A DNA stretch of 64,000 nt from NCBI GenBank assembly GCA_963666515.2, contig OY762897.2, positions 416,001 to 480,000 on the forward strand, written 5' to 3'. Each line of letters begins with the position of its first letter. Within the stretch, counting starts at the first letter, position 1. The position numbers and the translations under genes are program-made. Below are positions 28,547-37,475 of this stretch, piece by piece. The notes under the pieces were generated by a model that saw nothing but the letters and a program-made list of their open reading frames with translations, was not told the origin of the DNA and did no database searches. This DNA is from Candidatus Binatia bacterium. Lineage in GTDB: Bacteria > Desulfobacterota > Binatia > UBA9968 > JAJDTQ01.

Positions 28547-30298
28547 ATGGCAAGGGTCTCAACCGACAAACGAACGTCCAACACGGCCGAGGACACCCTC
28601 GCGCACAAGAGCCGCGACGAGAACGTCGTCTCCGGCGGTCACCTGGTGGCGGCGGCCCTCAAGAACGAGGGGGTGGACACCATCTTCACCTTGTGCGGCG
28701 GGCATATCATCGACATTTACGACGGCTGCATCGACCACGGCATTCGCGTGGTGGACGTGCGGCACGAGCAGGTGGCGGCGCATGCCGCGGACGGCTACGC
28801 CCGGCAGACGGGTCGCCTCGGGTGCGTGGTGACCACTGCCGGGCCGGGTTTCACCAACGCGTTGACCGGCATCGCTACGGCGTTCCGTTCGGAAAGCCCG
28901 GTGCTCCACATTGGCGGGCAGGGGGCGCTCACCCAGCACAAGATGGGCTCGCTGCAGGACCTGCCGCACGTCGATGTCGCCGCGCCCATCACCAAGTTCT
29001 CGGCCAGCGTGCGTTCCACGGAGCGCATCGCCGACATGGTGGCTATGGCCGCGCGGGAGTGCTTTGCCGGGGCGCCGGGGCCGAGCTACCTGGAGATTCC
29101 ACGGGACGTGCTCGACCGGGAGGTGCCGGCGGACAAGGTGATCGTGCCGAAGGGCGGGCGCTACCGCGCTTCGACCCGCGCCATCGGCGACCCTGCGGAT
29201 GTCGAGAAATTGGCGGAGTTGCTGGTGAAATCCGAGCGTCCCGCGGTGCTGCTGGGCGCCCAGGTTTGGACCTGCCGCGGCCACGAGGCCGCCACCTCGC
29301 TGTTCAAGGCGCTCAACGTGCCCTGTTACATGAACGGCGCGTCCCGCGGCCTGCTGCCCCCCGGCGACCCCCACTACTTCAACCGCACCCGCGGCGACGC
29401 CTTCGGCGAGGCGGACGTCATCGTCATCGTTGGCACGCCCTTCGACTTCCGCATGGGCTACGGGCGGCGGCTGCGCGCCGATGCCACCGTGGTTCACATC
29501 GACATGGACTACCGGACGGTGGCCAAGAACCGCGACGTTTCCCTGGGTTTGGTGGGCGATCCGGGCGCGATCCTCAAGGCGGTGCATGCGGCGGTGGGCG
29601 AACGGCCCGACAACGGCGCCGAGGGCCGCGCCCGCTGGCTCGCGCATCTCCGCGGCCTCGAGAACGAGAGGGCGGCGAAGCTCATGCCGCTTTTCACGTC
29701 CGACGCCAGCCCCATCCACCCCTGGCGGGTCGCCTGGGAGTTGAACGAGTTCCTCACCGAGGACACCATCTACATCGGCGACGGCGGCGACGTCGTGACC
29801 ATCAGCGCCCAGGCGGTGGAGCCCCGGGCTCCCGGCAACTGGATGGACCCCGGCGCCCTCGGCGCGCTGGGCGTGGGCACGGGATTCGCGCTGGCTTCCA
29901 AGCTGGTGCACCCGGAGAAGGAAGTCCTGTGCTACTACGGCGACGGCTCCTTCGGCATGACCGCGTTCGACATGGAGACCGCCAACCGGTTCGGCGCTCC
30001 TTACATCGCGGTCATCGGCAACAACTCGGCCATGAACCAGATCCGTTACGGCCAGCTCTCCAAGTACGGCGAGGAGCGCGGCAACGTCGGCAACCTGCTG
30101 GGCGACGTGCCCTTCTCGAAGTTCGCGGAGATGCTGGGCGGATACGGCGAGGAGGTCACCGACTGCCGTGAGGTCGGGCCGGCGTTGCGCCGCGCGCGCG
30201 AATCGGTGCGAACCTCCGGCAAGTCGGCCGTTGTCAACGTCTGGGTGAACGCGGGGGAATGGGCTCCCGGCACCAAGCGTCAGACCATGTACAAGTAG
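28547..30298 (+). CDS. ThDP-dependent enzyme of the oxalyl-CoA decarboxylase / 2-hydroxyacyl-CoA lyase group
   Basis: RHEQ catalytic Glu and GDGSFG...NNS ThDP motif. Adjacent to frc. Confidence 0.8.
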   Translation: MARVSTDKRTSNTAEDTLAHKSRDENVVSGGHLVAAALKNEGVDTIFTLCGGHIIDIYDGCIDHGIRVVDVRHEQVAAHAADGYARQTGRLGCVVTTAGPGFTNALTGIATAFRSESPVLHIGGQGALTQHKMGSLQDLPHVDVAAPITKFSASVRSTERIADMVAMAARECFAGAPGPSYLEIPRDVLDREVPADKVIVPKGGRYRASTRAIGDPADVEKLAELLVKSERPAVLLGAQVWTCRGHEAATSLFKALNVPCYMNGASRGLLPPGDPHYFNRTRGDAFGEADVIVIVGTPFDFRMGYGRRLRADATVVHIDMDYRTVAKNRDVSLGLVGDPGAILKAVHAAVGERPDNGAEGRARWLAHLRGLENERAAKLMPLFTSDASPIHPWRVAWELNEFLTEDTIYIGDGGDVVTISAQAVEPRAPGNWMDPGALGALGVGTGFALASKLVHPEKEVLCYYGDGSFGMTAFDMETANRFGAPYIAVIGNNSAMNQIRYGQLSKYGEERGNVGNLLGDVPFSKFAEMLGGYGEEVTDCREVGPALRRARESVRTSGKSAVVNVWVNAGEWAPGTKRQTMYK

Positions 30299-30335
30299 AG
30301 CAGGGCTTCATTCATAGCGGCAACCAGGGAACGAA

Positions 30336-31574
30336 ATGGAAAAGGCACTCTCCGGCATCCGCATCCTCGACATGACCCACGTCCAGGCAGGACCCACTTC
30401 GAGCCAGCTCATGGGCTTTCTGGGCGCCGACGTGATCAAGCTCGAGTCGCCCGCGGGCGACGCCACGCGCAAGCAGCTTTGGGACGTTCCCGACGCGGAC
30501 AGCCTCTACTTCACCATGTTGAACTGCAACAAGCGCTCCATCACGGTGAACCTCAAGAACGCTCGGGGCAAGGAAGTGTTCACCCGGCTGGTGAAGTCCT
30601 GCGACGTGCTGCTGGAGAACTTCGGTCCCGGCGTGCTGGACCGTCTCGGTTTCGGCTGGGAGAAGGTGCACGAGTTGAACCCGCGGATGATCATGGGCTC
30701 CATCAAGGGGTTCGGCAGCGAGGGGCCTTACGCGGCCTTCAAGGCCTACGAGAACGTGGCCCAGGCCATGGGCGGGGCCATGAGCACCAGCGGCATGTTC
30801 GACGGCCCGCCGGTGGTGACCGGCGCGCAGATCGGCGACTCCGGCACCGGCGTGCACCTGCTGGCGGGGATCCTGGCGGCGCTGCTCCAGCGGGAACGCA
30901 CCGGACGCGGCCAGTACGTCGAGTGCGCCATGATGGACTGCGTCATGAACCTCTGCCGGGTGAAGTTCCGCGACCACCAGCGCATCGAGCGCGGCCCGCT
31001 GGCCGAGTACTCGGTGCAGGAGTTCGAGGACTTCACGCCCCGGGCCGGCAACGACTCCGGCGGCGGCCAGCTCGGCAACGCCGTCCCGTGCAAGCCCGGC
31101 GGCGCCAACGACTACCTTTACGTGGTGGTGCAGGAGCACGTGTGGACCGCCCTGGCCAAGCGCATCGGCGGCGAGGCGCTGGCCAACGACCCGCGATTCA
31201 CCGACATCGACGTCCGGCGCGCCAACCAGGCGGAGATGTGGCGCCTGCTGGCGGAGTTCGCCCGGGACTACACCAAGTGGGAGTTGATGGAGATACTCAA
31301 CGATCTCGACGTTCCCTGCGGCCCGATCATGAGCACCAAGGACCTGGCGCACGACGAGCACGTCAAGCTCCGGGAGATGATGGTCGAGGTGGACCATCCC
31401 GAGCGCGGCGCGTGGCACAACGTCGGCTGCCCCATCAAGCTCTCGGACTCGCCGGTGGAGGTCAGGCGCTCGCCGTTGCTGGGCGAGCACACCGAGGAGG
31501 TGCTGAGCGAGGTCCTGGGATACGGCGAGGAGGAGATCGCGCAGCTCAGGAGCGCTGGGGCGTTCACGCGGTAG
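30336..31574 (+). CDS. frc: Formyl-CoA transferase (class III CoA transferase)
   Basis: HVQAGP, YFTMLNCNKRS, YENVAQ, IGDSGTG (catalytic Asp) and GNDSGGGQ glycine loop. Confidence 0.9.
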   Translation: MEKALSGIRILDMTHVQAGPTSSQLMGFLGADVIKLESPAGDATRKQLWDVPDADSLYFTMLNCNKRSITVNLKNARGKEVFTRLVKSCDVLLENFGPGVLDRLGFGWEKVHELNPRMIMGSIKGFGSEGPYAAFKAYENVAQAMGGAMSTSGMFDGPPVVTGAQIGDSGTGVHLLAGILAALLQRERTGRGQYVECAMMDCVMNLCRVKFRDHQRIERGPLAEYSVQEFEDFTPRAGNDSGGGQLGNAVPCKPGGANDYLYVVVQEHVWTALAKRIGGEALANDPRFTDIDVRRANQAEMWRLLAEFARDYTKWELMEILNDLDVPCGPIMSTKDLAHDEHVKLREMMVEVDHPERGAWHNVGCPIKLSDSPVEVRRSPLLGEHTEEVLSEVLGYGEEEIAQLRSAGAFTR

Positions 31575-31596
31575 CCGTTGCGCTCCTCCGCCACGC

Positions 31597-31623
31597 CTGG
31601 ATTCCGGCTTCCGCCGGAATGAC
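31597..31623. repeat. REP-like palindrome, family GTCATTCCGGCGAAAGCCGGAATCCAG (single reverse copy)
   Basis: CTGGATTCCGGCTTCCGCCGGAATGAC, one mismatch to the other copies. Confidence 0.8.
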
Positions 31624-31713
31624 GGATTCGGGCATGGCGGCTTGCAGCCGACACACAGGCGTTGAATACAGGACATGGGCCGGGGCGGAGTCTAGGTAAG
31701 GAGGCCGTAAGAC

Positions 31714-33858
31714 ATGCAAGCGGGAACTGATCGGCGGGAGCAAGTCCTCGCGGTCCTGAATGAAGCTAGGTCCGACGGGCGGACCGCGTTGTCGCCGTTG
31801 GAGTGCAGCGCTTTGTTGCGGGCCTACGGCGTTCCGCTGCCGCGAGAAGGCGTGGCGCAGTCGGCGGCGGAGGCCGCGGAACTGGCCGAGGACATTGGCT
31901 TTCCGGTGGTGATGAAGATCGTCTCGGAGGACATCCTGCACAAGACCGAGGCCGGCGGCGTGCGGGTGGGAGTGGCGGATCGGGAGCAGGCGGAGCAGGC
32001 CTACGGGACGCTCATCAAGAACGCCCGGGCCTACAAGGCCGACGCAGCGCTGGGCGGGGTGCAGGTGCAGCAGCAGGTGTCCGGCAAGGGCGTGGAGGTC
32101 ATCGTCGGCGCGGTGACCGATCCGAGCTTCGGCAAGGTGGTGGCCTTCGGACTGGGCGGGGTGCTGGTGGAGGTGCTGCGCGATATCACCTTCCGGCTGG
32201 CGCCGGCGAGCCGTGACGACGCCCTCGCCATGCTGGACGGCGTGGCCGCGGCCGAGGTCCTCCGCGGCGTGCGGGGCGGCGCCGCGGTGCACCGCGAGGC
32301 CCTGGCCGACATCATCGTCGGCGTCTCGGAGCTGGTGAGCGACTTTCCGGAGATCCGGGAGGTGGACCTCAACCCGGTGCTGGCGGACGCCGACGGCGCC
32401 ACCGCGGTGGACAGCGTCATGACAGTGGACTTCGCGCCGCAGCCCGAGCCCTACCGGCCGTCCCAGGACACGATCGTCTCGGCCATGCGGCGCATCATGA
32501 ACCCCAGGGCGGTGGCGGTCATCGGCGCGTCGGACGGAGAAGGGAAGATCGGCAACTCGGTGATGAAGAACATCATCAACGGCGGCTACGAGGGCGCCCT
32601 CTACCCCATCAACCCCAGGGCCGACGAGATCCTGGGCAAGAAGTGCTACCAGAGCGTCAAGGACATCCCGGAGGACGTGGACGTGGCCATCTTCGCGGTG
32701 CCGGCCAAGTTCTGCGCCGCGGCCATGACCGAGGTGGGGGAGAAGGGTATCCCGGGGGCGGTGATGATCCCGTCGGGCTTCGCCGAGGTGGGCGAGAAGG
32801 AGATGCAGGAAGAGCTGCTGGCGGAGGCGCGCAAGTATAACGTCCGCGTCATGGGACCCAACATCTATGGCTTCTACTACACCCCCGCCAACCTCTGCGC
32901 CACTTTCTGCACGCCCTACGACGTCAAGGGGCCGGTGGCGCTGTCGTCCCAGAGCGGCGGCGTGGGCATGTCCATCATCGGCTTCAGCCGCTCCACCCGG
33001 CTGGGGGTCTCGGCCATCGTCGGGCTTGGGAACAAGTCGGACCTGGACGAGGACGACCTGCTCACCTACTTCGAGCAGGACGACAACACCCAGGTTGTGG
33101 CCATGCACGCCGAGGACCTGAAGGACGGGCGCAGCTTCTACGAGGTGGCCAGCCGGGTGTCGAAGAAGAAGCCCGTGGTGATGCTCAAGGCCGGCCGCAC
33201 CCAGCTCGGCGCCCGCGCCGCGGCCTCCCACACCGGCGCCCTGGCCGGCGACGACAAGGTCTACGACGACCTGCTGAAGGCGTGCGGCGTGGTGCGCGCC
33301 TACTCGCTCAACGACATGCTCCAGTTCGCCCGGGGCCTGTCGGTGCTGCCGACGCCCAAGGGCGAGGAGATCGTCATCATCACCGGCGCCGGCGGCTCCG
33401 GCGTGCTGCTGTCGGACGCGGTGGTGGCCAACGGACTCTCGCTGATGAGGCTCCCCAAGGACCTGGACGAAGGCTTCAAGCAGTTCATCCCGCCCTTCGG
33501 CGCCTCGGGCAACCCCGTGGACATCACCGGCGGCGAGCCTCCCACCACCTACGAGCGGACCATCCGTTACGGGCTGGAAGACGACCGCATCCACGCCTTG
33601 ATCCTGGGCTACTGGCACACGATCATCACGCCGCCCATGGTGTTCGCCGAACTGTGCGCGCGTGTAGTGCAGGAAGGCCGCGACAAGGGCATCGACAAGC
33701 CGGTAGTAGTGTCGCTGGTGGGCGACGTGCAGGTGGAGGAGGCTTCGGAGTACCTCTACGAGCGGGGCATCGTGGCCTGTCCCTACACCACCGAGCTGCC
33801 GGTGGCGATCCTGGGCGCCAAGTACCGGTGGGCAAGGGGCGCGGGGCTGCTGGGATAG
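31714..33858 (+). CDS. ADP-forming acyl-CoA ligase (acetate-CoA ligase family, beta-alpha domain order)
   Basis: N-terminal ATP-grasp (MKIVSEDILHKTEAGGV, DLNP), CoA-binding domain (VAVIGAS, MGPN, SQSGG) and phospho-His in SHTGALAG. Confidence 0.88.
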   Translation: MQAGTDRREQVLAVLNEARSDGRTALSPLECSALLRAYGVPLPREGVAQSAAEAAELAEDIGFPVVMKIVSEDILHKTEAGGVRVGVADREQAEQAYGTLIKNARAYKADAALGGVQVQQQVSGKGVEVIVGAVTDPSFGKVVAFGLGGVLVEVLRDITFRLAPASRDDALAMLDGVAAAEVLRGVRGGAAVHREALADIIVGVSELVSDFPEIREVDLNPVLADADGATAVDSVMTVDFAPQPEPYRPSQDTIVSAMRRIMNPRAVAVIGASDGEGKIGNSVMKNIINGGYEGALYPINPRADEILGKKCYQSVKDIPEDVDVAIFAVPAKFCAAAMTEVGEKGIPGAVMIPSGFAEVGEKEMQEELLAEARKYNVRVMGPNIYGFYYTPANLCATFCTPYDVKGPVALSSQSGGVGMSIIGFSRSTRLGVSAIVGLGNKSDLDEDDLLTYFEQDDNTQVVAMHAEDLKDGRSFYEVASRVSKKKPVVMLKAGRTQLGARAAASHTGALAGDDKVYDDLLKACGVVRAYSLNDMLQFARGLSVLPTPKGEEIVIITGAGGSGVLLSDAVVANGLSLMRLPKDLDEGFKQFIPPFGASGNPVDITGGEPPTTYERTIRYGLEDDRIHALILGYWHTIITPPMVFAELCARVVQEGRDKGIDKPVVVSLVGDVQVEEASEYLYERGIVACPYTTELPVAILGAKYRWARGAGLLG

Positions 33859-33968
33859 GCCCAGTTGTTTCGAGTCCGTGCTTCGTTCTTCAAGAAGGAT
33901 GAGGGTAGCGCAGCATAGCTCACGGTTCCCTTACAGGCCGGTGTGTATGGTGAGACGGTAATCACCCT

Positions 33969-34466
33969 ATGGTGACACCGAAGTACTGTGGGGTGATGAT
34001 CAGTAAACTCTTGAATCGGTGGTTTCGGCGTCGAAGAGTTCCTGCGGAGTACGAGCCGTGGCTCAACGACATAGTGCCGTTCATAAACATGTCCTTGCAG
34101 ACAATTGATCGCAGTAAACTCAATGAAGAGAGGCACGGTATGGTGCGAGGGCTTCTCGGACTCTATGTTGCGGGCGTATCGAAATACTACGGGAGAGCTC
34201 GTGGCCTCACATACGGACAGTCTCGGTTCCTTACGATCGAAGTATTGGTGCGTGCAGGATGGCCGGGTGAGGCCGCTTCGTTTATTTTTGATATCTCGCA
34301 GGATGTCGCGCGTTCTCTTTCTGAGCACGTCGATACACACGAAGACGCAATAGACGCCGGACTTCGAGCAGGCCGAGCCTATTTTGAAGATGGCGATGTC
34401 CGTGCCACGATGATGCCGGGGATAAAGCTCCTACAATGGAAACAGGCTGGACTGTGGGAGCCCTGA
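33969..34466 (+). CDS. Hypothetical protein (lower GC; start may be 33993-33996)
   Basis: 165-aa ORF with protein-like composition filling the intergenic gap. Confidence 0.55.
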   Translation: MVTPKYCGVMISKLLNRWFRRRRVPAEYEPWLNDIVPFINMSLQTIDRSKLNEERHGMVRGLLGLYVAGVSKYYGRARGLTYGQSRFLTIEVLVRAGWPGEAASFIFDISQDVARSLSEHVDTHEDAIDAGLRAGRAYFEDGDVRATMMPGIKLLQWKQAGLWEP

Positions 34467-34535
34467 CACGAAGGGTCGGTTGGGTTAGGAGATGGTCCCA
34501 GAAGGGCCAGCACATCATCAAATCGGAGGTTTATT

Positions 34536-35492
34536 GTGGAACGACTGCCTCGCGGGGCGAACTTTCAGCGCAGCCTGATGCTGTGGCAGATCGGGCTGCA
34601 CGTCGCCGGCGACCCGAACGAGCCGTACTACGGCAACCGGGACATGTGCATTTCGGTGGGGAGCGGGTCGGCGGAGAACTTCCGCCCCTGGCTGCGCATG
34701 TCCACGGGCTCGCCCATCATCGCCCACGCGGTGGCCAAGGGCGACCTGGAGATGTCCATGGTCAACCCGTCCGCCTTCCTCACCCAGGCATACCGGGGCA
34801 CCGGGCTCTTCAAGGAGCCGCTGCCGCTCCGGGTGGTGGCCTGCTACCCTTCCTGGGACCGCTTCGTGTTTATGATCCACCCGCGAACGGGAATTACCTC
34901 CTTGTCCCAGATCAAGGAGCGGAAGTATCCGTTGCGACTTTCCATCCGCGAGGACGCTACCCACTCCACCCGGGTGCTGCTGGACCAGACCCTGGAGATA
35001 TACGACTTCACCCTCGCCGATCTCGAATCGTGGGGCGGCGGCCTGCAACTCAACGGCGGGCCGGGGGACGAGCGCCGCATGGCCGCGCTCAAGGACGAGA
35101 CCATCGACGCCGTGTTCGACGAGGGCTTGGTGTTGTGGTTCGACGACGCGCTGTCGCGCGGCATGGAGCCGGTCACCCCGGACGATTTCGCCATGGAGCG
35201 GCTCAACGCCCTGGGCTGGCGCACGGTGACCATGCCGGCGGGCTGCTACCCGCACCTCAAGGCCGACCACACCTGCATCGACTACGGCGGCTGGCCCCTC
35301 TACACTCGCGCCTCCCTCCCGGATGAGGACGTCTACAAGGTGTGCGCGGCGCTGAAGGAGCGCCAGAACGAGATCTACTGGGAGACGCTGACCGGCATCG
35401 ACCAGTTGTGGAAGGATACGGACGCCACGCCCCTGGACGTGCCGCTCCATTCCGGAGCGGAGAAGTGGTGCAGGGAGCAGGGCTACCTTTGA
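34536..35492 (+). CDS. TAXI/PBP2-fold solute-binding-like protein without a signal peptide
   Basis: GSAENF, GITSLSQIK, IDAVF and PLHSGAEKW are TAXI-like. SD GGAGGT before GTG. Confidence 0.7.
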   Translation: MERLPRGANFQRSLMLWQIGLHVAGDPNEPYYGNRDMCISVGSGSAENFRPWLRMSTGSPIIAHAVAKGDLEMSMVNPSAFLTQAYRGTGLFKEPLPLRVVACYPSWDRFVFMIHPRTGITSLSQIKERKYPLRLSIREDATHSTRVLLDQTLEIYDFTLADLESWGGGLQLNGGPGDERRMAALKDETIDAVFDEGLVLWFDDALSRGMEPVTPDDFAMERLNALGWRTVTMPAGCYPHLKADHTCIDYGGWPLYTRASLPDEDVYKVCAALKERQNEIYWETLTGIDQLWKDTDATPLDVPLHSGAEKWCREQGYL

Positions 35493-35562
35493 TGGACGCC
35501 GACACCCTCGCCGCGGCCGCAGACCGTTCCCGCGACGGGCGAGGAGCGCACGCAGAACAATC

Positions 35563-36999
35563 ATGATGGACCTGCAGGACATGACCCTCGCCGAGGCTGC
35601 GCGCCGCATCGAAGCGCGCGAGGTCTCCCCGGTGGAGTTGACCCAGGCGTACCTGGACCGCATCGACCGGTTGGACCCCGAGCTCAACACTTTCGTCACC
35701 TTGACCCGGGCGCGGGCGCTGGAGGACGCGGCCAAGGCCGAGGCCGATCTGGCTGCGGGCCGTTACCTTGGCGCGCTCCACGGCATTCCAGTCTCCATCA
35801 AGGACAACCTCGCCACCGCTGGTGTCCGCACCACCGCCGGCTCGAAGCACCTGTCCGACTGGGTTCCGGACGAGGACGCGACGGTGGTGGCACGGCTCAG
35901 GCAGGCCGGGGCGGTGATCCTCGGCAAGACCAACATGCACGAGTGGGCCGCCGGCTGCTCCACCATCAATCCCTGGTACGGCACTACCCGCAATCCCTGG
36001 GACCGGAATCGGGTGTCGGGCGGGTCGAGCGGCGGTTCGGCCGCGTCCGTGGCCGCGGGGCTGGCGCTGGGGTCCATCGGCACCGACAACGCGGGCTCCG
36101 TGCGCAATCCGGCGTCCCTGTGCGGGGTGGTGGGGCTCAAGGCCACCTACGGCCGGGTCAGCCGGTTCGGCGGCGTCGCCGGCACCGGCGGGTACACTAC
36201 CGACCACTTCGGCGTCCTCACCCGGACGGTGCGGGACAGCGGGCTCATGCTCCAGGCCATCGCCGGCCCGGACCCCAGGGATCCGTTGTCCAGCGACACT
36301 CCGGTGCCGGATTTCAGCGCGCGGGTGGGGGAGGGCGTGGCCGGTCTCAGAATCGGCATCGTCCGCGAATACTTCGACGCCCTCGCGGCGGACGAGGTTA
36401 AGGACGCGGTAGCAACGGCGGTTGAACTGTTGGAGTCCCTCGGCATGTCCGTGCAGGAACTGTCGGTTCCGTACGTGGAACACATCCCCATGGTGCAGCT
36501 CGTCACCGCGCGGGTGGAGAACCTGTCCCCCGCGGACTCGTTCCTGCGCGCCCGGCCGCGGGACTACAGCCCCGGGTTGATGTACCGGCAGGTTCACGCG
36601 CTGACGCTCCCCGCCCATGCGTACGTCACCGCGCAAAGAGTCCGCCGTCTTGTCTGCGAGGCCTTCGACCGGGCCTTCGAGCAGGTGGACGTGATCGTGA
36701 GCCCGGCGGTGAGCATGCCGGCGGAGACCATCGAGGAGTGGGAGCAAGGGTACGTGGAAACGGCGGGAGGGCGAATCCCGCTGTCGGACGGCCGCGGCAC
36801 CCGGGGAACCCTGTGCACCATCCCTTTCAATGTCACCGGCGCGCCCGCGGTAAGCGTGCCGTGCGGCTTTTCTTCCGAAGGCCTGCCCGTCGGCCTGCAG
36901 ATCGCCGCACCCCATTTCCAGGAGCCGGCGCTGCTGCGGGTGGCCCACGCCTACGAGCAGGCGGCCGGATGGCACGCCCGGAGGCCGCCGGGTTGCTGA
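35563..36999 (+). CDS. Amidase-signature family enzyme
   Basis: KD, GGSSGGS and GTDNAGSVRNPA (Ser-cisSer-Lys triad). Confidence 0.92.
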   Translation: MMDLQDMTLAEAARRIEAREVSPVELTQAYLDRIDRLDPELNTFVTLTRARALEDAAKAEADLAAGRYLGALHGIPVSIKDNLATAGVRTTAGSKHLSDWVPDEDATVVARLRQAGAVILGKTNMHEWAAGCSTINPWYGTTRNPWDRNRVSGGSSGGSAASVAAGLALGSIGTDNAGSVRNPASLCGVVGLKATYGRVSRFGGVAGTGGYTTDHFGVLTRTVRDSGLMLQAIAGPDPRDPLSSDTPVPDFSARVGEGVAGLRIGIVREYFDALAADEVKDAVATAVELLESLGMSVQELSVPYVEHIPMVQLVTARVENLSPADSFLRARPRDYSPGLMYRQVHALTLPAHAYVTAQRVRRLVCEAFDRAFEQVDVIVSPAVSMPAETIEEWEQGYVETAGGRIPLSDGRGTRGTLCTIPFNVTGAPAVSVPCGFSSEGLPVGLQIAAPHFQEPALLRVAHAYEQAAGWHARRPPGC

Positions 37000-37171
37000 C
37001 AATCCCACTTCTTTCGGGTCTGCGGCTAAAGTGCCGTCCGGCGGCGCCGAATTACTACCATAGGGAAGGTGTTCGCTTTGGATGCAGCGGCGAGGCTACG
37101 GCGTCGTTTGATATCCAGTGGCGGAAAGAACTATCATGGTCGCCCGGAGCCGGCGGATTGGGGAGACGGGC

Positions 37172-37429
37172 ATGTCTGTATCGGAATGGACAGGAATCAC
37201 GCAAGCCGCCGTCAGTCTGCTGATGGTCGGCGTTGTATGGGCCGGCATCTTGGTGATGCGCCGGGCTGGGGATCAGCGCTCCAAGCGCGAAGACCAACAC
37301 CACGCCGAAGCCATGGCCGCTCACAAGGAAGTCATGGCTTCACACAAGGAAGCCATGACCGTACACGGCGCCTCGCACGCCGAAGCCATGCGCGCGCTCG
37401 AGGCCTTGATCGAACGCACCGGTCGATAA
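37172..37429 (+). CDS. Small single-TM protein with His/Met heptad repeats
   Basis: SD GGGGAG, TM segment, then HAEAMAA-HKEVMAS-HKEAMTV-HGAS-HAEAMRA. Confidence 0.7.
   Translation: MSVSEWTGITQAAVSLLMVGVVWAGILVMRRAGDQRSKREDQHHAEAMAAHKEVMASHKEAMTVHGASHAEAMRALEALIERTGR
37301..37396 (+). repeat. 21-bp coding tandem repeat (about 4 imperfect units)
   Basis: CAC(GCC/AAG)GAAG(C/T)CATG units at 37301, 37322, 37343 and 37376. Confidence 0.75.
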
Positions 37430-37475
37430 CGTGGATGGATCACCTCGATATCGAGTGTAAACAGGCCCTCCCCTC

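Noticed and set aside
35563-36999. Calling the amidase gatA
   Set aside because: No gatB or gatC is adjacent and the motif is GTDNAGS rather than GSDTGGS, so it is a general amidase.
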